In this document: positions 53,963 to 64,000 of the stretch, piece after piece
Position numbering within the stretch: the stretch's first letter is position 1
Layout: each line of letters begins with the position of its first letter
Source of the DNA: Octopus sinensis
Taxonomy: Eukaryota
Assembly: GCF_006345805.1 (NCBI RefSeq)
Contig: NC_043001.1
Span: 75,144,001 to 75,208,000 of the forward strand
Reading direction: 5' to 3'
Length of the DNA stretch: 64,000 bases
Position numbers and translations under genes: made by a program
The notes under the pieces: model-generated
Seen by the model: the letters and a program-made list of their open reading frames with translations, nothing else
What the model was told of the DNA's origin: nothing
The model's database searches: none

Positions 53963-54406
53963 CTAAGAAACAAGTAAGAAATATAAAAGAAAGAAAATAT
54001 AACAAAGAAAAGCTTACATGGAATATTTGTTGGTTTCAAATTTTGGCACAAGGCCAGAAATTTCGGGGGAGAGGGTAGTCAATTACATTGTCTCCAGTGC
54101 TCAACTGGTACTTATTTAATCGATTTCGAAATGACGAGAGGCAATGTCGATCTCGGCGGAATTTGAACTCACGCTGTAAAGTCGGAAGAAATGCCGCTAA
54201 GCACTTTTTCGGGCGCGATAACGATTCTGCCAGCTTGTCGCCTTATTACATAGAATAATATTGATTTCCTTTAATTAATTTACGTTTATTTGAATTTTCA
54301 ACTTATAATTTTATTGCGAATTAATTTGAATTAATAACAGAATATCAGAATGTTTCAAAATATTTAAGTGTTTTCACAAATCAATCAAAATTTAAGTCAT
54401 ACTTAC

Positions 54407-54545
54407 TTATAACCTAAGCTTCTACATATTACAGAAGCTGCTTCATCATTCCAGTTTCTGTCACAAACTGTTCCCCACATCCCGTTTTGAAAGATTTCCA
54501 CTCTACCTTCTTTTGGAGAGTTTCCGCCTCTCAGCCGGACTTTAT
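54407..54545 (-). CDS. Multi-SRCR protein exon (first half)
   Basis: [44 protein letters not shown]; phase 1 to 2. Confidence 0.95.
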
Positions 54546-54602
54546 CTTGAAGGATAAACAAAATATATGATTAATACAAAGCCGTACATTTCAGTAATAT
54601 AT

Positions 54603-54775
54603 GGTAGACAGGAGTGGCTGTGTGGTAAGTAGCTTGATTACCAATCACATGGTTCCGGGTTCAGTCCCACTGCGTGGCACATTGGGCAAGTGTCTTCTAC
54701 TATAGCCTCAGGATGACCAAAGCCTTGTGAGTGGATTTGGTAGACAGAGACTGAAAGAAGCCTGTCGCATATATG

Positions 54776-54827
<52 letters not shown>

Positions 54828-55032
54828 TGTGTTTGTCCCCTAACATCACTTGACAACCGATGCTGATGTGTTTGCGTCCCCGTAACTTAGCGGTTCGACA
54901 AAATAGACTGATAGAATAAGTACTAGGCTTACAAAGAATAAGTCCTGGGTCGATTTGCTCGACTAAAGGCGGTGCTCCAGCATGACCGCAGTCAAATGAC
55001 TGAAACAAGTAAAAGAGTAAAAGAGTAAAGAG
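54603..55032 (+). mobile_element. Family A SINE, full length
   Basis: tRNA-like head gtggctgtgtggtaagtagc...ccgggttcagtccca; internal (TA)(TG); tail ending in (taaaagag)n. Confidence 0.9.
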
Positions 55033-55065
55033 AGACAAAGTATTCATTTATTTTTTCTTTTATTG

Positions 55066-55586
55066 TTTTACTTGTTTCATCATTTGACTGCGATCATGCT
55101 GGAGCACCGCTTTTAGTCGAGCAAAAGGATCTCAGGACTTATTCATTGTAAGCCTAGTACTTATTCTATCGGTCTCATTTGCCGAACTGCTAAGTTACGG
55201 GGACGTAAACACACCAGTATCGGTTGTCAAGTGATGTTGTGGGGACAAACAAACACACACACACACACATATATATACGACGGGTTTTTTTCAGTATCCG
55301 TTACCAAATCCACTCACAACACATCTCCTGAACGCAAGCTTTCTCATTTTATAGCTGAGTGAAATTGAGTAACGTAATATGTAGTGTTTTGCCCAAAACA
55401 ATACACAAGTTGATCCGAGGAACGAAAGCTCAATCTTGTTACCGTGAGTGCAATATCCTAACACCTTGACCATGCGTATCATGGTCAGCCTGAGGCTATA
55501 GTAGATGACACTTACCCAAGGTGCCACGCAGTGGGACTGAACCCGGAACCATGTGGTTGGTAAGCAAGCTACGTACCACACAGTCG
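55066..55586 (-). mobile_element. Family A SINE, tail-to-tail with the previous copy, with an internal insertion
   Basis: Reverse complement of 54603-55032 with extra sequence at ~55320-55480. Confidence 0.8.
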
Positions 55587-56143
55587 CTATTTATTTATTT
55601 TTATTTATCTCCTTCCAGTTTATATAATTTTAACGAAGTAATTTTAAGACTGGAAACTCTCAACAGTGTTAGAATCCCATTTTTACCGAAAGAGTTAAAG
55701 TATGTAACTTGATGCGCATGGTCTAGGCGTTAGGATATTGCACTCACGGTAACAAGATTGAGGTTGCGTTCTCTGTATCAAATGGTGCATTATGTTTTGA
55801 GCAAATCACTTCATTTTACGTCGCTCAGTTTCACTCAGCTATAAAATGAGAAAGCTTGCGATGGAATAGCGTCCTGTTCAGGAAATGTGTTGAGATCTTG
55901 GTCACTTTTACACTATGGAGATAGTATGGTAACCAGCTCTATGAGTCCAAGACGTCATAGAACAAGCAATGTCTAAGGATTGATGATGATGATGATGATG
56001 ATACTATTTTCATATATATAGTTGTTTCTCCTGCACCAACTATATTTCAATATAATCGTTTCCTTCTGGTAATCCATAATAAAGTACTCTTATCAAGATT
56101 ATTTTCGCAACTAAGGTATATTTAAAAAAACAAACAAACTTAC

Positions 56144-56301
56144 ATTTCGAACATTCTGCACCGGCCCATTTATTACATCGATGGAACCCCCATATTCCAT
56201 GTGGACACTCCCTTAGATTTTGTTCGTTGCCATTACAATTCGTATCAGACAGAAATCCGTGTTCTCTTAAATGATGTTTATAATCATAGATATATCCACT
56301 C
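56144..56301 (-). CDS. Multi-SRCR protein exon (second half); upstream exons not identified in the window
   Basis: FLSDTNCNGNEQNLRECPHGIWGFHRCNKWAGAEC; phase 2 to 1. Confidence 0.85.
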
Positions 56302-56458
56302 CTAAAAAGAAACCAACAACATCTTTCTAGAATATTTTTTTCAGTTAGTAATCCGTACATTATATTACAATTTTGTATCTCATCGAAATCATTATATATA
56401 TACACACACATACTTACATGTATATATGTACATATTTACTTACATGTATATATGTACA

Positions 56459-56492
<34 letters not shown>

Positions 56493-56496
<4 letters not shown>

Positions 56497-57390
56497 AGAT
56501 AAGAAAATGGAGAAATACATCTAAATCAAATATCAATTACCAGATAATACTCAATCACATACGAAGTAATATAATGTACTATTGACTATGTATATTTGCA
56601 TCTAGCTATTAATTTGTGTATGTTTATTATCACAATATTAAGTCGTAAAACTGAGACATTGAGTGTGGAACACATATATATGTTTACTAATTTATATTAT
56701 TTATTTATATCATTATGTAAATGTATATTTTTATATGTATAGGAGTGTGAGTATATGCACCCATATGTATATATATATGTTGTATTGTGGGTACGCACCC
56801 ACACCCATGTGGGTATATATGTAGACTGAGTTATATTACATAATCTCCGAAGAGGCCTTGCGATATTTTTGTAAATGTCTCATTTATATCTATGTGTTGA
56901 CCAACCATAAAGGGCTAATATTGGTAAAATGAAACATACTTATCGACATGGCCGAAACAGCTGTAAGATCTAATTTATACTTATATTTATATTTACTTGT
57001 ATTTATATTCTCTTTTATATATATTCTACTTATTATACAACATTACTCTTTTATGTATACTTTTTTATGTACATTTCTTTATGTATACTGATTTGTTCTG
57101 TTTTTTATATTTAACCCTACAGTCTCTTATGTGGTGGTTTAATAAAGTATGTGATTGAGTATTATCTGGTAATTGATATTTGATTTAGATGTATTTCTCC
57201 ATTTTCTTATCTTGTATTAGTAATTTGTGGTAAATCATTTTACCTTTGCCCATATAATACAGTAAATGAATTGATTGCATCGCAATCATTAACATTTATG
57301 TATTAACTTTGTTGGGTACTTCACTAGCAGTATATTGGATATATGTTATCCCATAGAGGGTTGCATTTACAACCCCTATCTCAATTTGTG
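56493..57390 (+). mobile_element. Non-coding PLE-type pLTR insertion with an inverted arm and a hammerhead
   Basis: 56493-56562 is inverted relative to 57147-57216; flanked by TA-rich tracts. Confidence 0.7.
56843..56969 (+). ncRNA. Type I hammerhead (core CCGAAGA, long stem II insert)
   Basis: atct-CCGAAGA-ggcc..cgata...tatcg..ggcc-GAAAC-agct-GTA-agat; palindromic ACAGCTGT. Confidence 0.65.
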
Positions 57391-57844
57391 TATATATATA
57401 TATATGTATGTGCGTATACGTGTATGCACACATACATATATATGTACATATATATAAATAAATATGTATATATATACATACATATATATTTATCGTATAT
57501 ATATACATGTATATACGTATACATATATGCATATATACATATATATGTACATATATATATATATATAAATATGTATATATATATACATATAAACACATAT
57601 ATATATAAATATATAAACAAATAGATATATACATATATACTTATATACTGATATATATACATACATGTATATATATCCATACATATATACATATACATAT
57701 ATATACATACATACACATACTTAAATATACGTGTACAAACACACACACATATATATATATACATGTATATACGTATACATATCTGCATATATACATATAT
57801 ATGTACATATATATATATATAAATATGTATATATACATACATAT

Positions 57845-59460
57845 AAATCCTTAAATCCTTAAAAATGTTTTAGCCCGAAGGCCGCGGCTATGCTGGGGCA
57901 CCACCGCTGAATGAGCTACACTAATATGTGAATCCACCTCTGATACGTGGCACTTGATCAACAAGGGAGTTCGATGCTGCTGCCCGCATCTGCGTCTCCT
58001 GTCGTGAGGTAGGTTCATCTGGGACTCCCGACAAGAAGAGATCCAGTTTAGTTTTAAAGAAACCCACATCCACACCATGTAAGTCTCTTAGGCATTTAAG
58101 GAGGATGTTAAAGAGCTGTGGTCCTCTGAAACCCAAGCTGTTGCAGTATCTGGTCCTGTATTTTGATGGTGATGTTGGAATCTTTGGCACCATGCAGTGG
58201 CGCCCCGTTCTGCGGTTGGGGTAACTTTGAATGCCAAAGTTTGGGACAAGACCCTCCAGGATTTTCCAAATGTATATCACCGCATATCTCTCCCGCCTCC
58301 GCTCTAGGGAGAAGAGGTTTAATACTTTCAGTCTTTCCCAGTAGCTGATATTTTGCATTGAGACGATCTTCTTTGTGTAGCTTCTCTGAATTGCTTCGAG
58401 TTCTGCTGTTAGTTTTATATTGTGTGGTGACCATAGTTAGGAGCAGTAGTCCAAGCGGCTGAGGACTAATGTTTTCCAGAGGACCATCAGTGTCTCCTTC
58501 TCTCTTGTTCTGAAAGTTCGGAGAATCCATCCAGCTAGCCGTCTGCATTTTATCACCAGATTAGTAATATGCACTTGGAAAGATGCATCATTAACCATGT
58601 CAATGCCTAGGTCACACACTGATTTTGACTCATGGATTGCAATTCTTCCTGGGCCAATGTATCCAGTCTGTGCGTCGTTTACCTTTGTGTGCCGGTAGCG
58701 CAGGGCCTAGAACTTACCTGCATTAAACTGCATGTTGTTGTCCTCCGCCCACCTGTATATTTTATCCAACTCCTGTCGCAGATGCGCAATATTTTCAGGG
58801 TTTTGTATTGTGTGGGAGACTTTTGTGTCATCTGCATAGCTAGCAAGGGTGGCCATCGTAGCAACTGAAGGCATGTCTGAAACGGCCACTATGAACAGTA
58901 GTGGCCCCAAGACAGTGCCCTGTGGAACACCGCTTGTTATTTGTGTTTCCTTGGGGGTGGCTCCATTGCTCACAACTGCCTGTCTTCTGTCTTTTAGGAA
59001 GTTGTGCAGCCACTCTCCAAGTTTTCCGCCTATGCCGAGACCACGCAGTTTGTGACAGATCATACCATGGTCAACTTTATCAAAGGCTTTTGCAAAGTCG
59101 CGATATATTACATCCACATTTGAGCCATTTAGTAGCTGTTTTAATACCCAGTCATAGTGTTGCAGGAGCTGTGTTAGGCAGCTTCTGCCTGGTCGAAATC
59201 CATGCTGGGTGTCAGACAGGAAGTCATTTTCTTCAAGGAACATGATTAGTTTCTTGCGGACTATTCGTTCCATGACTTTGCTGATGTGTGAGGTCAGAGA
59301 GATAGGCCTATAATTTTTAGCATCTGCTCTGCTACCTCCCTTATGGATAGGGCATATTACCCCCTTTTTCAATTTGACTGGGAGCTTACCACTTGCAAGG
59401 AAGCTCTGAGAAAGAAGCTGTAGCGGTTTTGCAAGGGCTCGTTTGCACGATTTGAGAAAA
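57845..59460 (-). mobile_element. 5'-truncated CR1/L2-group LINE (RT and C-terminus, frameshifted) in a compound TA/CA repeat
   Basis: NYRPISLTS, QHGFRPGRSC, DFAKAFDKVDH, GVPQGTVLGPLLF, YADDTK, YWERLKVLNLFSLERRR; 3' tail (tttaagga)n. Confidence 0.95.
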
Positions 59461-59597
59461 CACATATAAACACATATATATATAAATATATAAACAAATA
59501 GATATATACATATATATATACATGTATATATATCCATACATATATACATATACATATATATATACATACATACACATATTTACAAATACGTGTACAA

Positions 59598-59638
<41 letters not shown>

Positions 59639-59982
59639 CAAATTCAGTAGAATTAGGTACTTAAGTTGAAGTACCAATTCAACCTGGTGTTATCTCCACA
59701 GCTCGAAGTAAGGTGAATAAAATCAAAATTCTATTCTTAGCCTCTTTGCTACAATAACAACTTGAATTTCTTCCATCTTCTTACTCTGTTCAAACATTTA
59801 AGAAAAATTATATTAATGTGTCTTGTTAAAAAAAATTCTATATTTTCTGCAGATGAAGATAGCACTTCATTTAAATTGATGTAATGATTACAGTGTTCAA
59901 TTAATTAGAGCTGCTTGAAACGGTAGTATTGCATTACTATTTGATATCCTGTTGCTTATTTTGATTATATATGTATACTTAT

Positions 59983-60050
<68 letters not shown>

Positions 60051-60082
60051 TATAGGAAAAAACCAACAAGAATGGATCAATA

Positions 60083-60171
60083 TTTCGGTACAATTGTTTC
60101 GTACGAAGACATCTTTATTAAGGCTACAAAAATTGCAGTAAATATAAGTGACCCGTACTCATCAGCCGAAA
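60083..60171 (-). ncRNA. Type I hammerhead ribozyme
   Basis: tttcgg-CTGATGA-gtacg...cgtac-GAAAC-aatt-GTA-ccgaaa. Confidence 0.85.
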
Positions 60172-60420
60172 AAACATCTGAGATCTCCAAACATCAAAGG
60201 GAGTGATGTTACACTCGTGAAACATCATGGAAAGTTCTATAAAAATGAGATTTAGATAACAAATGGACTTCTAAAAGTTCTTTTAGTATTGCACAGTCAT
60301 ATATCAGGTTTAAAAAAATTTTTTAAAACCTCTTAGTTTTCCAGAAAGTGAAGATATATATATATATATATATAATATATATATATATAAATACATACAC
60401 ACACACACACACACACACAC

Positions 60421-60477
<57 letters not shown>

Positions 60478-60702
60478 ACATATACATATTTTTGTATGTT
60501 GGGAGAGACATACTTACTTAACATCTAACACAATCACCGGTTCAATTTCGACTCTTTTATTATTTATATTTTTTTCTTTTCCAAAATCTTCCTTGCTTTT
60601 GTAACCGTGTCAATGGATGTTGAGAGTCCCCAGAAACAACAAAATTTGTTTCAACTGACGAATTCACATAAAGAATCTTGCAAATCGGATACAAAGACAA
60701 AG

Positions 60703-60756
<54 letters not shown>

Positions 60757-60917
60757 ACGTAAAGTATAATAGCCATCTCAATATGGCTAACCACTAAGGT
60801 TGGGTGTTACTGTAGCTTTTAGCCCCAGGAGATCATCGTCTCCAGCTGGTTTTAGGCACACTATCTGTACACTTATGGTATTTGCAAAGGGAGGTCATAT
60901 ATATATATATATATATT

Positions 60918-60991
<74 letters not shown>

Positions 60992-61022
60992 CGCGAGAAA
61001 GAAGCAACAAGAATGGATAGGT

Positions 61023-61113
61023 TTTTAGTACAATCGTTTCATACAAGGACAGGCTTTATTAAAAGTTGCAAAAATTACAGCATATAAACGTGTCCCGTAC
61101 TCATCAGCTAAAA
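61023..61113 (-). ncRNA. Type I hammerhead ribozyme (inverted copy)
   Basis: Reverse complement of 62240-62330. Confidence 0.8.
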
Positions 61114-62239
61114 TACATGTGAGTTCTCTAGACATCCTAGTGGTTGAGGCTATACTCATGAAGTGATGTAGATAATTAAGTAACATGATCTTCTAAGATT
61201 TGACCTGTAGTCCGTCAATGTATGAATAATAACGGCAACTCCTTAAGACAATAAAATGAATAAATTAAATAAATAAATTTTAATGACTTTTTGATAAGAT
61301 TATACTTAGATTTTCCTAATGTATTTTCTTTTGATTTTAGCCTCTGACCCCTAAACCCCTGACCGTGTTACCTCTTTAGAGTCTCTTTAAATTCATAGCT
61401 GATTTCAACAGCAATAAATTAGCTGTTTTACTGGTCAAAGAATAATATTGTCCTCTAGTTCCTAGATGCCTGTAAATTAAAACCAGACTTGCCGTCTACT
61501 AATTCTTCTGTATAACTAGAACCCTCTTTTTTTCTTTTTCTTTTTTTCCTTCTTTCCCTATTTCTTTCTCTTTTCTCTTTTTTCTTTTTCTTCTTCTTAT
61601 TCTCTTTTTCCTTTTCTCTTCTCTTTTAGTCCCCCCCCTTTTTGCTCCCTCCTCCTTTATTTTCTCTCTTTTCTTCTCTTCCCTTTCCCTTTTTCTGTTC
61701 TTTGCCTCTCTAGAAAGCCCTTCAGCCTTTAAAAGTTAAATAGCTACAGCCTCTTGTAAATAGCAGTAATGTGATTAATGTGGCAAATACCTAATCATAT
61801 AACAAGAATTGATACCTACCTCATTGTGTTCAACCATTGATAAATTTATCGCCTGTGAATATGAAATTCCTCTTCATTTCTCTGGAAATTTACATCTACA
61901 CCATTGGAAATTGTGCATCTATACAAAGGATTAATTCACCCTCTCTGCAATGCTAATAAGCAGGAATTGAGACCCACCTCGTTGTGATTAACAATGGATA
62001 AATTTGTCGTCTGTGAGTATGTAATCCCTCCTCATATCTCTGGAAATTCATATGTGCACTATGGATTAGGTCACCTTCTCTGTGATGCTATTAAAACTTT
62101 TTTAAAATTCTGTGATAAGACTGTACATCATCTTTAAAGAACTTTAATGAACTTTGGAAATCTGTTTATGTTACTTATTATCTACATCACTTCATGAGTA
62201 TAGCCTCAACCACTAGGATGTCTAGAGAACTCACATGTA

Positions 62240-62330
62240 TTTTAGCTGATGAGTACGGGACACGTTTATATGCTGTAATTTTTGCAACTTTTAATAAAGC
62301 CTGTCCTTGTATGAAACGATTGTACTAAAA
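62240..62330 (+). ncRNA. Type I hammerhead ribozyme
   Basis: ttttag-CTGATGA-gtacgggac...gtccttgtat-GAAAC-gatt-GTA-ctaaaa. Confidence 0.85.
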
Positions 62331-62916
62331 ACCTATCCATTCTTGTTGCTTCTTTCTCGCTTATAATCACCCCACATTACTGTATTGTTAAAACAGTATA
62401 GTTTTTTTTGGTGCATCTAAGTTAGGTACCATATTCAAGTATATAAAATTAATTAAGGGTAGAAATTGATATTTATCAATTAAGACCAGTGGTCTAGCAT
62501 ATTAAAAAAGAATCCGAAGATTAAAATAGGCTGAACTCCATGCACGCGATATTTCGGTATCGTGTTTGCATCTAGTCCAGCAAATTGCATTTATAACGGA
62601 CCATGCTGATGATGGCTGCAGTTTTCCTTGCGGAAAATAACAGCTGAAACTAATTAGTACATGGGTAATTATTTTATTTCGTATATTTTTCACTTGATTA
62701 TTGCTATGGTTTTGTGCTGAGTTTGATCTGAGAACATAATCTTTTGTGGTGAATGGCGATTTGACGTCTATATCTAGCATGTTGACTGTCCACTTTTCGT
62801 GTTCAGTCCTTAATTGGTATATATATATATATATATATATAGCGTGGAAGCGTTTGTAAGCCGTTTAAGAATTGTGTCAGTCTCTTTCTGTCTGTTTGTC
62901 TCTGTATATATACATA

Positions 62917-63729
62917 TAAGGTACATTTCAGAAGTATTGACATTTCTTTAGCTGAGGTAGTTATAACTGCCCTAGATTATGTAATTTTAATATATCATTA
63001 ATATATTCTTAATAAGCTAGCCTACCAACATTTGTTATTTCGGATTGAAGGACACAACTGTAACAGAACTTTGAACAAACCCCAGTAAACACTGTTTGTC
63101 ACAGCTAACTAGTTTGCAGAATGCAGCCGGCATATGGAAAGAATTTGTTATCTTGCTGTGCAATAAACTTTTGAACGAATCAGGGCAAAATACTACAGAA
63201 AGTTATGAAATGTGTCAGAATGCTTATGGATTAATTTGTATGAAACAAGCAACTATTTTTTTTACTGGTACGAGAGGTCTGGCAAGGTAAGTCCATCGGG
63301 ACGCTTATGATGATCTCCTTTCTCGACAGCAAGGACATCATCTACCTTCACTGGGTTTTCTCTCTCCAGATAATCTACAAAGAGTACTTTGTGGATGTTT
63401 TGAGGGAAGCTAAAAAGAGGTTTCGTCTCAAAAGACCAGAACACCTGCACCAGAACAATGCACCAGTTAAAATGTCAATCCTGGTGACCAACTAATTGAC
63501 AGTGGTGGGCATAAAAACTATCCTTCACCCTCTTTACACTCCAGTTGCTCTCTGAGTTGAAGAAGATGTAGGAGGCTGTCAAATGTGTTCTGAACACTTT
63601 CACTTTGAAAGACTTCCATGGAAACTTTACGAAGTGATTGGAGCGCTACAACAGGTGCATTGAAGTTAAGTGCTACTAATTTGAAATTAATTAAATGTGT
63701 CTCTTGAAAATGTCTAAGAACTGGAATGC

Positions 63730-63735
<6 letters not shown>
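62917..63735 (+). mobile_element. Internally deleted mariner element
   Basis: TIRs taaggtacatttcag / ctggaatgcacctta; LMMISFLDSKDII, LHQNNAPV, KTILHPLYTP. Confidence 0.8.
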
Positions 63736-63766
<31 letters not shown>

Positions 63767-63768
<2 letters not shown>

Positions 63769-63968
63769 TCTTTTCTCTTGTTTCAGTCATTTGACTGCGG
63801 CCATGCTGGAGCACCGTCTTTAGTCGAGCAAATCGACCCAGGACTTCTTCTTTGGAAGCCTAGTACTTACTCTATCGGTCTTTTTTGCCGAACCGGTAAG
63901 TTACGAGGACGTAAACACACCACCATCGGTTGTCAAGCGATGTTGGGGGAACAAACACAGACACAAAA

Positions 63969-64000
<32 letters not shown>
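63767..64000 (-). mobile_element. Family A SINE 3' half (cut by the window end)
   Basis: cttgtttcagtcatttgactgcggccatgctggagcaccg. Confidence 0.85.

Larger units (their letters stand above)
60993..62430 (+). mobile_element. Truncated PLE-type insertion with ~190-bp inverted arms (60993-61186/62168-62360) and an internal tandem duplication (~61815-62090)
   Basis: Arms are nearly identical; starts in (TA)n; a related older copy lies at 60055-60330. Confidence 0.8.

Noticed and set aside
62502-62650. Possible upstream SRCR exon
   Set aside because: No frame gives the VRL..GRVE..WG.VC pattern, and the phase-1 reading hits a stop.

Overview
AT-rich, microsatellite-dense eukaryotic genomic DNA. 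The repeat repertoire suggests an octopus or other coleoid cephalopod (inference, not verified). One host gene is visible: the 3' part of a minus-strand multi-SRCR (group A-type scavenger receptor cysteine-rich) gene with 12 phase-compatible exons between 56301 and 33510, encoding 5.5 SRCR domains. The rest is mostly transposon-derived: three Penelope-like elements (PLEs; RT + GIY-YIG), a CR1/L2-type LINE, restriction-endonuclease (R4/Dong-like) LINE fragments, four Tc1/mariner-family elements, Helitron helicase fragments and non-autonomous Helitrons, many tRNA-derived SINEs, and foldback elements. The most striking unannotated signal is more than ten type I hammerhead ribozyme (HHR) motifs read by eye. 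They occur in all three PLEs and in several non-coding elements with inverted arms, mostly inserted in (TA)n or (TAA)n tracts. Highlights are a circularly permuted 432-nt non-coding HHR unit (retrozyme/circRNA-like, 22251-23135), a tRNA-headed SINE with an HHR tail (48295-48790), and an HHR family whose two copies show compensatory stem I changes (60083-62330). All structures were inferred manually, with no folding or database search.
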